A stretch of DNA of 63,827 nt, filler included, from Octopus bimaculoides (GCF_001194135.2; 11 parts of 9 records of this genome joined end to end with filler, not necessarily neighbours in it), one strand, 5' to 3'. Numbered from the whole stretch's first letter, positions 12,590 to 25,609 are shown. Notes: generated by a model from the sequence alone, not told the origin. Translations and numbers: made by a program.

Positions 12590-13688
12590 NNNNNNNNNNN
12601 NNNNNNNNNNNNNNNNNNNNNNNNNNNNNNNNNTTAATTAATTAANNNNNNNNNNNNNNNNNNNNNNNNNNNNNNNNNNNNNNNNNNNNTATATATATAT
12701 ATATATACACACAGAGTGAGGAGTGGGAGAGTGAGAGGGAGATGAAAGTAGGAAAACAGGGTGTGGAGAGAGTGAATATATTAAAGCTGAAATTGATTTA
12801 TGAAAACACGAATTGAATAGAAAATTAAAATTTAGACATATTAGAAGGGAGAGGGTAAAAATAGGAATATGAGAGAGAGAGAATATGAGAGAGTGAGAAA
12901 GAGGGAGAGAGAAATGGGTTGAGAAGAGAGAAAGAGAGAGAGAGGGGGAGAGGGGGGAGTGCCAGAGATAGGCTGTTAAATACTTGAGAAGAGCAAAATG
13001 CATTTGTAGTATTAAAGGAAATACAGTTTATAAAATATTTTAGTAGGGAAGAGTTAGGGAGATGGGTGGGAGGAGAGTGAAAGAAATAGGAGGAAAAAGA
13101 GGCTACGAAAGACATACAGAGACAGAGAGAGGGGGGAATGTTGAAGTAATGAAAAAGTTTAAAATCAAAACAAACGTTTTATAAAGAGTATTAAGGAATC
13201 TCGAAAACAGAGATGATGATAGAGATACAAAAAAAAAAAAAAGATTGATTTATGAAATTACTGGAACTGAAGCACACAAATCTCTCTCTCTTTAAATATA
13301 TGTCTTTCTCTTTGTCTATGGGTATCTTAGTGCGTCTGCATGTGTGTGTATGTATATATATTATATATTATATATATATATATATATNNNNNNNNNNNNN
13401 NNNNNNNNNNNNNNNNNNNNNNNNNNNNNNNNNNNNNNNNNNNNNNNNNNNNNNNNNNNNNNNNNNNNNNNNNNNNNNNNNNNNNNNNNNNNNNNNNNNN
13501 NNNNNNNNNNNNNNNNNNNNNNNNNNNNNNNNNNNNNNNNNNNNNNNNNNNNNNNNNNNNNNNNNNNNNNNNNNNNNNNNNNNNNNNNNNNNNNNNNNNN
13601 NNNNNNNNNNNNNNNNNNNNNNNNNNNNNNNNNNNNNNNNNNNNNNNNNNNNNNNNNNNNNNNNNNNNNNNNNNNNNNNNNNNNNNNN

Positions 13689-13731
<43 letters not shown>

Positions 13732-14049
13732 CTTATATATATATATATGTGTATGTGTGTGCGCGCATGTATATGTATGTATATTGATCGCTGAACAAAT
13801 CTCACTCTTTCCTCTCTTTGTATCTTTATATGTATGCATATATATATATATGTATGTATATATGTATGTATGTATATATATGTATGTGTCTGTCTGTCTG
13901 TAGATATATATATGTGTGTGTGCGTTTATTTATATATATATATATATATATACATATAAATGTGTGTATGTATATACATATACATGTAATTACACAGTCA
14001 CACGCAATAAAAGAGTCAATAGCATACACACACACATGAACATTTATTA

Positions 14050-14143
14050 AAAAAAAATGGTAAAAAAAGTAACATCTATCCTTAGACATTCTAATCTCCA
14101 AGATTGCTGAGGCGAAGTCAAGTCTTTTATTATTGGAGTTCGT
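14050..14143 (-). CDS. Candidate exon after a strong acceptor; frame 0 reads TNSNNKRLDFASAILEIRMSKDRCYFF
   Basis: Acceptor caactttcctgtttcag at 14144, with AATAAA at about 14043-14048. ASAILEIRMSKD weakly resembles the glyoxalase-II/PNKD C-terminal helix. The end of the exon is uncertain. Confidence 0.25.
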
Positions 14144-15404
14144 CTGAAACAGGAAAGTTGACGAAACCAGCAGGTGTTTAGTGAATTACACACACACACA
14201 CACATTATATATATTTTATATGTATATATTTATATATATATATATACGCTCACACATTTATATACACACTGTATGCTTTATTTCTCCAATTTGATTAAAA
14301 TGTTGGAATGGTGCCAATTGGACTTCTCTGGGTCTGTTTGTAATAATTATGTTATCACATGACGGAACAAGCAGGAATAAGGAATAAACAGATAGCGTAG
14401 AATTTTGATTCTGAAAATGTGATATATCTTTCTTTCCTCTGCCTGTCTTATTTATCTGTTATGACTGTATTTTCGTTGTTTCTCACTGACTCAGTGCTCG
14501 TATTCGTCTCTAGTCGCTTCCGTCCGTCTGTCTGTCTGTCTATTTGCCTTTGTGTTCTGTTCTATCATCGTTCACTGCCTGTTTTTCTGTTTGCCTGTTG
14601 ATTTCCTGTTGTTTTCAGAGCTGGGATGGGTGTTGGTGAGTAACTCTGGTTGAACCCTAATCGAGCACCCCAAAGATATTGCAAACGTGACCTTTCCTTC
14701 TGTTACTTATGTTTGGAGACCCCAGAACCTCGTTAACCAATATTTTATTTTTCCGACATGGTTGGACGTAGCCTGAGGGAGTTTTGGCTGCTACTTTATG
14801 TTAAGCCAATGGGCGATCGACTATGTATCGAAGGACTCATTGACTCATATGCGTGCATGTAATTGATGCGTATATAGCCTAACGTAACATGTGTATGAAT
14901 ATATGTGTCTGTGTGTATATGTCTATATGTGTGTGTCTGTTTGTCGTACGGTGTGTGTACGCCTATTTGTATATAAGGGTGTATATGGCTTCTTAACAGA
15001 ATACTGTTTGTTGTAAGAAGGTGAACTAACAAAGTCGTCAGAAGGTTTCAAAGAATGGCGTTCGTTATTTCTTCCGTGACTCTCCGCTTTCTGTTCAATA
15101 TACGTTTCAAATGAGTACCAGTTGATCACTGGGGTCGATGTAATCAACTTATTCTACCCCTCCTTGTACCAGAAATGAAAACCAATAGACGTTGAGGTTA
15201 ACACTGCTTTTTCTACCCCCGGCTCAATTAAAATTCTAGTCCAAAACTGAAATCTATTTTTTTTCGATCTTCTTTGCTCTTTCAATTTCTCTCTGCAATG
15301 TAACAATAATTAAAATAGCCACACTTGTCAGACATTTTGTCTGGATGAACAGGGCTAGGAATAAAGCTTGCGTACTTTTGTTTGTACAATATTCGGCCAC
15401 TTAC

Positions 15405-15428
15405 AGGGCAATTTTGCGAGTTGAAATT
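15405..15428 (-). CDS. Candidate 24-nt micro-exon (or end of a 5' UTR exon)
   Basis: cattcactttttcgcccaacag|AATTTCAACTCGCAAAATTGCCCT|GTAAGT: strong acceptor and consensus donor, length a multiple of 3, open in all three frames. Confidence 0.3.
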
Positions 15429-15919
15429 CTGTTGGGCGAAAAAGTGAATGCTCAAAGTCGAGACCGACGGAAAACCCGACGTTTGTGTTTAGTAAATGAA
15501 GTGCTTTGAAATATCACCGAAAAAAAAAAAAAAAAAAAAAAGAGAATGGAATATCGAATTGCAGTAATAGTTTTTCACGATTGGGACACGGCCAAACACT
15601 TGAAATGGATGTGTGGAGTAAAAATTAAATCATCTCCGCTAAATATTTAGTACATGTTTAATCGGATTTTCAATACAAGTAGACTCGCCAAGTTTCGAAA
15701 ACAGAGAAAAAAACAAAACAAAAAGCATACACACACATTCTTTCTCTTTCTCCCCACCTCTCTCTCTCTCTCTCTCTCAAATACACACGCACACGCGAAC
15801 ATACACACGCACATACATACAAAAAATATATATATGTTAGATATATGTATATATAATACGGTATATATGTATATGTGTACAAATATATCATATAAATATA
15901 TGTATACAATGTATGTGAA

Positions 15920-15996
<77 letters not shown>

Positions 15997-16257
15997 CATA
16001 TATATATATCCATATATATATAGATAATTGTGAGCACTGTGTGTATGTATAGGTGGATGTAATTTAGCGGCAACAGACGGAAGAAAGATCAACGAATGCG
16101 ATGTGACAGAGTATGATTTATGAGAAGACCAGGAATTCTAGAATTCAGTGTTTCCCGTGCCACAACCTTATTTTCCTCTCGGTGAAGCCCACAGAAACAG
16201 AAACCTCTGACTGGAACCGAAGTTGATAATAATGATAGTAATAAATTCGAGGATGAA

Positions 16258-16288
<31 letters not shown>

Positions 16289-19126
16289 GTGATAATGTAG
16301 AGGATGGTTTCAGACCTTGGCTGAAGCCAGCAATTGTGGGAAGGGTGAAAGTCGTTTTCTACCGATCCCAGTGCTCATGTGATGGTTGAAAAAAAAGATT
16401 CCAGGTGTTGATCGATAAATCGATAACATACTATTATTGTTGATAGATTTGTAAGTAAAGTCATTGGACAATGCAACCTGTTAGGTGTTTCCCTTGTCAG
16501 CAATGGATTTATGCAAATGCATTATGGGATGGTGTGCGACATATGAGGAAGATCTAACTTTGTTTCATGTTCGAAAAGACACGACGTCAATATGAGTCGT
16601 GATATAGTCAATCTGAGTAAAATTGGTGATGCTTGTGCTTAAGATCTAAACAAGAAGGAATAACATTCGTTAATGTGAGGTAATGACTGTTTCATGTCTG
16701 GTGTAATTATTAACGCTGTTGGCGATGCGTTTTGTATTATTCTTAAAGCTTGTCTCTGATGGATCTTCAGTAAAATGAGGAGACACGCTCTTTAAAGGAG
16801 TTCGTCTTTACGTGATCCTTAATAACTGAAATTAATCATATTGGAAAATTAAGAAGTTGTGGAGAAGCTCCAACGACCTTATATAATGATAACTCCAAGA
16901 AACTGAATATTCTAAAATTTATTCTGATTAAAAGATTTAGGCTATTTTGAATTGCTTAACAATGATTTCGCGAAACCCAATGATTGTTAGCTATTCAGTG
17001 TTTATGGGTAACACGCAGACATTTATAAAGATAAATCCAACATGAAGAGACTTATAACTTTACATGTTTCAGTCGAAATACTTATCCCCGTGTTCAAGTC
17101 AAAAGAAAAATAAACTTCACCACTGACTCAGGAATCGTTTCAAGAAAAAATAAGAATATTTTCCCACATATAAAGATTTTGATTTCAGGAACATAATGAT
17201 GTTTTTGTGAAAAGTAGTATTGTCTGGAGTAAGAGTTCTTTGATTGAAGGGTAATGATCTCCGATATCAAACTACGGTTTCCTTATTCATAAAATTGAAC
17301 GACATTCAAACATATGGTTTAAACAGTTTGTCGTTAGTCGTAATATTCGTGATGAAACCATCTATAATACTTTTACTAATCTTACTTAATCGAGGGGACG
17401 CTTCTCATTTTGCACGTTTTACATGTTGATATAGTAATAAGCCATTATAGACATAGTGAAGAATTATGAACATCCACCGTCCACTGTTCACTTATGTATA
17501 CGCAATCTATATCTCCAGCCCACGACAATATTCAAACACCAATAACTTATATATAGACTTTATTTGACCCATAAGACAAACATCATTTTCCACATATAAG
17601 AACTTGTACAAATTCAATTTACAGCTTCCTTTACGTGATTACGCGCCTCGCCCTTTTCATTCTTCTTTCCTCTCTCCCAATTACAGGCAGCATCTACCAC
17701 CGAACATCTCATTATTTATCGTTCTTTTCGAACGAGATTAATTATAACTATTCAAATCAACGTTTACTTCCGAAAGAAAACTATTCACAACCAATTAAAA
17801 TACACATTTCTTTTCAAGTAACTTCTGAATGCGAGTAAATATTATTCCTATTAGTTCTCTCCTGACGCGTTGAAAGGCTGAAATTCCTAGGTGCGCTAAT
17901 GAAAAGCCGGATCAAATTGAATTGCACATGCATACATACTTACATACATACATACATACATACAGGCATATATACAAGCATACNNNNNNNNNNTATATAT
18001 GTACTTTTGTGATCCTGTCTAACAATTATATGTTGTGGATGTGAAGGTAAATCGATCCCATCGACACCGAAGATTGAACGGCAAATTGACGCCTGTAGGG
18101 TTTGAACTCACAATTTAAGGAAATGGAATATTTACCACAGGGCATTCTGTAATGGGCTTCATTGATTTTATCAAAAGAAATCCTCATATTCCTTATTCTA
18201 ATTTCCCGACGGCCCAGAAATGTGCGAGTTGTGTAATGGTTGCCTACTCTGACTCTACTCTTTCACCGGTAATTTCGTGTATCGATTCCAGAATTATAAA
18301 AACCACTGCACCTTGGTTTAAACCATTGCTGCAAGGTACTTTGTTCCACGCTGTAGCGATGCTAACCCCAGTGGACCCTGTTTTTCATGCTAATGATTTC
18401 AGAATAGACCATTCCTTTATGAAAATGGTCAGGCCACTTTTCTTTCAACCCATATTTCCATGAACGTGCCAAGCAAAGAGGCTCAATTTTTGCGATATTC
18501 CTCCCCTACGATAATTTTATTTGTATATGTTTGTAAAGCGAAGGTATGGCTACCTGGTAAGAAATTTGCTTGCCAACCACATGGTTCCATGTTGAATCTC
18601 ACTGCGTGGCACCTTCGGCAAGTATTTTCTGCCATAGCCTCGGCCGACGAGACGCATGTAGGACGAAAGACGAAAGATTAAACATAAATTTTACCCATGT
18701 TCCATACTCCATTCTAGCTAAAAATATTCGCAAACAAAGAATTTCTGGTGATTTTCCCATGTGTGTTCAAAGTTTATAAACTTACATTGTATTTACCAAA
18801 ATGCTTCCTAGAATACTTGTCCGTATCTGTTAACTGTGATTCTTTTCTCCATGTTTACGAATCTTCGTTTGATGTTTACAAAATTTTCAAAATATTTTAC
18901 AAAATTTGTTTCCGTTTTATTCGGGTTCNNNNNNNNNNNNNNNNNNNNNNNNNNNNNNNNNNNNNNNNNNNNTTAATTAATTAANNNNNNNNNNNNNNNN
19001 NNNNNNNNNNNNNNNNNNNNNNNNNNNNAAGTCTTTAACATTTGGAGCTACGCTCTTCAACAGAAAGAATACGGAGAAACAAGGAGAAAACACACACACA
19101 CATACATATTTTTATATATATATGTA

Positions 19127-19408
19127 CAGTGGCGAACTGGGTCTAAAAATATTGGTTGCCAGGAGACTAAGGGGGCCCACCCGCAACTACAATATTATCA
19201 CTTAATTTTTTTTTTTTTTTGTTAAAAGTATTCTTTTCAATTGTCTACAAACACAGTCAAACTAAAATAATTAATGCATTCTTCCAGGAGTGAATAAAAA
19301 ATTCTCAAACTTGAGAGGATACTAACATGGGCCCCCATATATGCATTTTAATGGCACAGGGGCCCACTTGCCATTGGGCAAGCTGGCAACCTGGCCAATC
19401 TACTACTG
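19127..19408. mobile_element. Non-autonomous hAT-like element (MITE)
   Basis: CAGTGGCGAACTGG ... CCAATCTACTACTG imperfect TIRs, 8-bp flanks TATATGTA/CATATGCA (6/8 match), internal GGGGCCCAC repeats. Confidence 0.55.
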
Positions 19409-19475
19409 CATATGCATATATATGTATATATACATATATATATATGTGTAATATATATATATGTATGTATACATA

Positions 19476-19915
19476 TGTAGTGGCGCCTAATATCAGTCGC
19501 CATTCTGGAGAGTTTATCCACGCATGCGCAGGGACTAGTCTTCCAGAAGGAATGCAGGAAGAGTCTCATGCGCATGCGTAGTCATCCAATATCCAAGCGT
19601 TCCCACGTATTTCTACCTCTTTTGTACGCTGAACTTCGTGGAAGCTAGACGTCACAATAGCAGCTCTCCGACAACTCTACAATGGAGCCACATAGATAAC
19701 CAGAGAGGAGAGAAATGACTTCTAACCACGCAACTTCATTAACGGCGTCTCATCTAACCAAAAGGCGACATGCTACCGAATTCCCTCCTAGTGTGAGCAG
19801 AATTCTACTGTAATAAAATATTTGTTGTGCTGTTAGTTTAGAGTCTGTGTTCCGTTTTCTTCCTTAAGAAATTTAATGTACAGAAATGGGATACACCTAA
19901 TGGTGTATAACCACT
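19476..19915 (+). mobile_element. Probable solo LTR related to 24730-25091
   Basis: Starts TGTAGTGGCGCC, shares GCGCATGCGTAGTC / CCACGCATGCG motifs, AATAAA at about 19812. The 3' end and TSD are not resolved. Confidence 0.55.
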
Positions 19916-21919
19916 CCCCTACACATACATATCTATATATAAGTATATATATATATCTTTATGCATGGATATATGTGTATATNNNNNNNNNNNNNNNNNN
20001 NNNNNNNNNNNNNNNNNNNNNNNNNNNNNNNNNNNNNNNNNNNNNNNNNNNNNNNNNNNNNNNNNNNNNNNNNNNNNNNNNNNNNNNNNNNNNNNNNNNN
20101 NNNNNNNNNNNNNNNNNNNNNNNNNNNNNNNNNNNNNNNNNNNNNNNNNNNNNNNNNNNNNNNNNNNNNNNNNNNNNNNNNNNNNNNNNNNNNNNNNNNN
20201 NNNNNNNNNNNNNNNNNNNNNNNNNNNNNNNNNNNNNNNNNNNNNNNNNNNNNNNNNNNNNNNNNNNNNNNNNNNNNNNNNNNNNNNNNNNNNNNNNNNN
20301 NNNNNNNNNNNNNNNNNNNNNNNNNNNNNNNNNNNNNNNNNNNNNNNNNNNNNNNNNNNNNNNNNNNNNNNNNNNNNNNNNNNNNNNNNNNNNNNNNNNN
20401 NNNNNNNNNNNNNNNNNNNNNNNNNNNNNNNNNNNNNNNNNNNNNNNNNNNNNNNNNNNNNNNNNNNNNNNNNNNNNNNNNNNNNNNNNNNNNNNNNNNN
20501 NNNNNNNNNNNNNNNNNNNNNNNNNNNNNNNNNNNNNNNNNNNNNNNNNNNNNNNNNNNNNNNNNNNNNNNNNNNNNNNNNNNNNNNNNNNNNNNNNNNN
20601 NNNNNNNNNNNNNNNNNNNNNNNNNNNNNNNNNNNNNNNNNNNNNNNNNNNNNNNNNNNNNNNNNNNNNNNNNNNNNNNNNNNNNNNNNNNNNNNNNNNN
20701 NNNNNNNNNNNNNNNNNNNNNNNNNNNNNNNNNNNNNNNNNNNNNNNNNNNNNNCCTCCAAATTCCTATGTCCTCGGTATGTTTGTAGAGGATTTCATTA
20801 AAAAATATTCATTTTTTTTTAAAGTTAAGACTAATTGAACTGGACTCCGGTGAATTTTCCGAAATTCCCCACCCCACTCCTCCTAAAACACCTACCCCAA
20901 ATAGTTTTGTATATTCGAAATCTACATGGTATAACACATATTTGTAGAAAATATCCATTTTTCTGAAAGTTATGATCATCCAAAGTCGGTGGGGCAGAAA
21001 CCTGTAGTTATGCCTAACACACACACAAATATATAAGCTTTTCATCATCATCAGTTTCCTATGCTGATATGGTTTGGAAGGTTCGACATGAAGAGACAAA
21101 CCAGAGGGCTACACCAAATACTAATGTCTACTTTGGTATGGTTTCTACAGCTACTCATGTGTGTTTGTGTCTTACCTTTCGGACCTAAATGCACATCAGA
21201 ATATTTATGCCTTACCTCATCCTTTCGTATTTATATTTAAAGGTTCACACACGCACACAAACAACTACATGTGATGGTTGCGTAGACGATGAGGATTTTC
21301 TATTTCTGAATTAAATTGTAAAAATCGCTGAGTATTCTACAGATACATGTACATTTAACGTAATTCTGAGAGAGAAATCAGCGGAGTGTGTGAATTACGA
21401 GCACCCGAAAACGTTCTCTACAGCTCCTATTTACCCAATTCCACTCACATGGGTCAAATGAAGCTAAAGAAAGTGACCATAACTAAAGATGCTACTAAGT
21501 GAGATTGAATTCGGGACTTTGAAAAGCAAACTTCTAGACTATTCGGCCAGTACTTGAAGAGCTTGAGTATCCACAGGTGAACTCAGAGTGGTTTAGAGGC
21601 AAATTTCTTTACAACACAGCTACCTCTTGTATTTATCTGCGTCTTTAAGTGATTAAATGTTTGTGTAGTTTGTTTGCTTTGTTCGGGTTGTGAGATGGAA
21701 AAACAGTATACATGTTGGATATTGTTTACGTTTAAAAAGCGCATGATCGGCGTTGTGTGTGTGTGCGTGTTTGTGTGTGTATGTACGTTTGTAGTCCAGT
21801 TTATGATGATAATAACTTAAGGGTTAATAAAAACAATAGTTTCTAACTAGCAACAACTACACCTCAGATAATAACCCTCGCTAACTGCAGAACCCAAGAT
21901 AAAAAAAAAATTGTTATAC

Positions 21920-21986
21920 CTTGACCATGGCAAATATTGATGGTGAATGTCCATAACAAAAGAATACTCTGTAAAAACTTAGACAT
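21920..21986 (-). CDS. Candidate first coding exon encoding a signal peptide, MSKFLQSILLLWTFTINICHGQ (unidentified secreted/membrane protein)
   Basis: ATG, basic N-region, hydrophobic core and a C-H-G|Q cleavage-like site, then a phase-1 donor CAAG|GTATAA. Possible upstream acceptor atcagcag| near 22069. Non-repetitive sequence. Confidence 0.45.
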
Positions 21987-22269
21987 GTTTACTCCGGGTT
22001 CTTGAGTGTCTGAGCTCCGAGGTAGTGTCATGAGACAAGCAAGGGAGACAACTAACGTCACCAACTCGCCTGCTGATGATATTTAGCCCTAGGTCAGACA
22101 ACCATTAATCTCATTATGGATTTTTTGTAAAGTACCTCTAGCTTTTTTTTTATGTCTCTAAAAACTGAAAGAAAAAAGATTCGAAGATCAAAAAGTATTA
22201 AATTTACTTTTAATAATTATTTCCTAACATCTATAAATCAGTTCTATATTTAAGAGATGAGGAATTATG

Positions 22270-22635
22270 TACATTATTTACATTCGAAAAATATATGTTC
22301 TCGTCCTTGTTGTTTAACACGACATTTCGGCTGATATACCCTCCAGCCTTCTTCAGGTGCCTTGGGGAAATTTTGAATCTGGGTTCTCATTCCGAAGGTA
22401 TTTTTCGATGTCATTATTGTTATTGTTGTTCAGGTCACTGCTTGGAATCGAACTCGGAATTTTGGGTTTAGTAGCCCGCGCTCTTATGCCTGTGGGCAAT
22501 TATGGAGTGAATTTTAGGGTTTAGGAACGAGAACCCAGGTTAGAAATTTTCCCAAGACACCTGAAGAAGGTTGGAGCCGTAACGTGTTAACAACAAACAA
22601 GATGAGGACAAATATCCGTCGAATGTAAATAATCT
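22270..22635. mobile_element. Foldback element of two inverted copies of the hammerhead-bearing repeat (Penelope-like pseudo-LTR derivative)
   Basis: Left arm about 22270-22400 is the reverse complement of right arm about 22525-22635 (attatttacattcg...gggttctcattcc). A single arm recurs at 54056-54182. Confidence 0.75.
22316..22361 (-). ncRNA. Second copy of the minimal hammerhead ribozyme-like motif
   Basis: Minus strand reads GGCAC-CUGAAGA-A-GGCUG(gagggtatat)CAGCC-GAAA-UGU-C-GUGUU. Stem II is perfect and the cleavage triplet is GUC. Confidence 0.6.
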
Positions 22636-23746
22636 GTAAATCAGTTTCTGATTTTATATGTAGGGATTATATATGTAGGGATCTAGCTTGACCCTGCCTG
22701 ATATTTGAAACCAAATATAAAAAGAAATCCTAAAGCCTTCAACATGGCAAAGGAGTGTGCTTCAGTACGCTATAACATAGGACCACTATTTGGTAAAAAC
22801 AGTTCACTAACTGCAGATCCGAGGAAGATAAGTGAAGCACTAAATAAGCAACTCCGAAATGTTTTCACTTTGTCCACTGGAAAATATGCAAATAAACAAG
22901 CCTGAGAAGTTTTTCAATGTAACAAATCTATTTGGAAAAGAGGCAACCATTGATTACATCAACATAACAGAAGAGGCTGTAATATCGGCCATTAATGAGA
23001 TGAGATCAAACTCAGCAACAAGCCCAGATGGACTCCTGGCTGTTCTCTTAAAGGCATGTAAAAAGGCTCTTGCAAAGCCACTGCAAATACTCTTTCAGAG
23101 TTTCCTTGCATGTGGTAATCTTCCCAACATGCTAAAAGAGGGTATAATATGCCCTGTCCATAAAGGAGGGAGCAGAGCAGATGCCTGTAGCCCATTTCTC
23201 TGACCTCACATGTTAGCAAGACAATGGAATGCATTGTCAGAAAAAGGCTGATCAAGTTCCTAGAAGAAATCAACCTCCTCACAGATACGCAACGTGGCTT
23301 CTGTCCAGGGAGGAGCTGCCTCACACAGCTACTGCAGCACTTTGACTGGGTACTGAAACAACAGCTAAACCAGTCTGCTGTAGACGTGATATACTTCGAC
23401 TTTGCCAAAACCTTCGTCAAGGTTGATCATGGCATGATATGTTACAAGCTATGAAACCTTGGTATTACTGGGAAATTGGGAGAGTGGCTGCATGACTTTC
23501 TGAAGGGTAGGAGTCAGACAGTTGTAGCCAGTAGTGCTCACTCTGAAGAGACACCAATTCTCAGCGGAGTCCCACAGGGAACTGTATTGGGGCCACTACT
23601 ATTTGTGATGGCCCTCTCAGACATGCCCTCCACAGTACAGTCAGCCAATCTGACCAGTTATGCTGACAACACAAAAGTATCACAGTTAGGAACCCAGAGA
23701 ACATCATAAAACTGCAGAAAAACCTGAATGACATATACAATGGGCT

Positions 23747-25121
23747 TGTAGTGGAAGCTTCTCTCTCAGTTATATATTCCTAAATGCGAACGTAGCGGGT
23801 AACATCTAGCCTTCGGCCCACCTTGGACCCTGCTGTGTCCATCACCCTGATTGGCTCTTATTTGCGCAGCATTTGTCTCCAGTTCTGTTTCACGCCAAGG
23901 TACATACCGACCAATTGTGGCCTTCTAATAAGGTCACATGAGAGAGTGTTTTTCTGCTGTTTCTGGAGTCCCTTTTTACCTATAAATAGCCCTGCTTTAT
24001 GCACGCCAGTTGGTCGTGATTTCAGACCTCTCATAGGTCTGGTCGTTGACCACCACACAGAACACCAACCAACCAGTTTCCAGTGACGACGTCAACACCA
24101 CCGTTTTACTGTTTACTACAGCCTCGTCGCCAATGTCAACTTGACGCCACCAGCGTACACACTACCAACAGCAACCACGGTTCCATCTCAACACTGTTTG
24201 TGTGGATTGTTTCCACCACGAAAATAACAACCAGAACAACCTGTGAGAATTTCTTGTATTCAAGTAACTGGCTCAACATAGAAGCCTCATCTTCACGACA
24301 TGTGGCTTAGCTCTGCCTAGAAGCCACAACCTCTTATGTACAGACATTCTATCTACTATGAACTGGTGCTTTCTTATCTTTGTGTTCTGACGCTTATCGT
24401 CTATGTTACAGACTCTTATTCCATGCTCTGTATTTCTCATTCACACACATACACATATTTATGTATACATACTCTTGTACACACGAAGGCCTGTCACACA
24501 TATTGTGTTATTATTTATGTTGCCGCATGCAAGCACACACAGACACACAGTTTACTACGCTAATAAACTTACTCTTTATCTGTATATATCTAACGGTTGT
24601 GTCTCTCTCTTTCCTTGCTGGCATTTCCTCGCATTTCACATGTGAGCCCTCGCATGTTATATATTATTATGTTTTGTATCGACCGTGCGACGCGTTAAAA
24701 GGAGCCTCTTCCGTTCGTCGCCATTCTTCTATAGGAAAGTGGGTTATATATCATTAGATGTATACCTGACTTTCCTATATAATATTAAGAATATAACGGG
24801 ACGCTGAACTCCAGACTATCAACATAACAACTTTTATTCAAGGTGGTTTTTATATACATCTTTAGCTCGTGTTTGTTGTTACGGCTTCTGTGTGTGTGTG
24901 CATGGTTGTTGGGACGTTGGTATGTAGATGTGAGCGAGCTGTCGAGCGTAAGTTCGAAAGATGGAGAGAGATAGCTAAACACGTCCTTGCTCAATCGCTG
25001 GCCAGCAAGAAAGAGACAGAATGGAGCGGGAAAGCTTGGTTGTTGAATTCCACGCATGCGTGAGACTACGCATGCGCACGGCGTTACTACACTCCTTTGG
25101 TTCGCACGGTCGTTCTCTTCA
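23747..25121 (+). mobile_element. Solo LTR (Gypsy-type) inserted into the LINE
   Basis: TG...CA termini and a perfect 4-bp TSD GGCT (23743-23746 / 25122-25125). TATAAATA at about 23981 and AATAAA at about 24561. The LINE reading frame is continuous across the insertion. Confidence 0.9.
24730..25091 (-). mobile_element. Second solo LTR nested inside the first
   Basis: Termini T(A)TAGG...CTACA with TSD-like CTTC/CTCC. Minus-strand TATATAAAA and AATAAA. The flanks rejoin to match the uninterrupted LTR end at 29850-29917. Confidence 0.7.
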
Positions 25122-25609
25122 GGCTAACAAAAATAACATGCAGCTCAATGCTATGAAATTTCAGGCACTCCACTATCAGCCCAACTCCAGGCTAAAATCG
25201 GAATACATTGGACCAGAAGGTAATATGATCCCCAGTGCATGACCTGGGGGTTCACACGAGCAATGAGGTAACATTCCATGTGCATATTACCAAAATGGCA
25301 ACACTGTGCAGGTGAGTGGCTGGATGGATTTTGAGGACATTCAGAACCAGGAAAAGGGAGGCCATGCTACTCCTATGGAGGACTTTTGTTCTCACCTGCT
25401 TGGACTACTGCTCCCAACTATGGTCCCCAGAGAGTGTGAAACAAACTGTGGAACTCAAAGCAATCCAGCACCAATACACAAAGAAGAATGACTTAATGCA
25501 AAAGATTGGCTACTGGGAGAGGCTAAAGGAGCTGAGTCTCTATTCCCTGGAGAGAAGACGAGAGAGATATGCAGTGATATATATTTGGAAGGTCTTGGAG
25601 GGTTTAGTT

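Larger units (their letters stand above)
22700..25609 (+). mobile_element. Degenerate CR1/L2-like LINE ORF2 (reverse transcriptase), interrupted by an LTR at 23747-25121
   Basis: Frameshifted RT blocks: PDGLLAVLLKAC, IICPVHKGG, QRGFCPGRSCLTQLL, VDVIYFDFAK, SGVPQGTVLGPLLF, YADNTK. After the LTR it resumes NNMQLNAMKFQ...LDYCSQLWSP...LYSLERRRERY. Confidence 0.95.

Noticed and set aside
18152-18463. 103-aa plus-strand ORF
   Set aside because: No recognisable motif. The opposite strand reads as a decayed RT segment (GLNQGAVVFIILESI, like the GLxQG motif), so the ORF is likely an antisense shadow.
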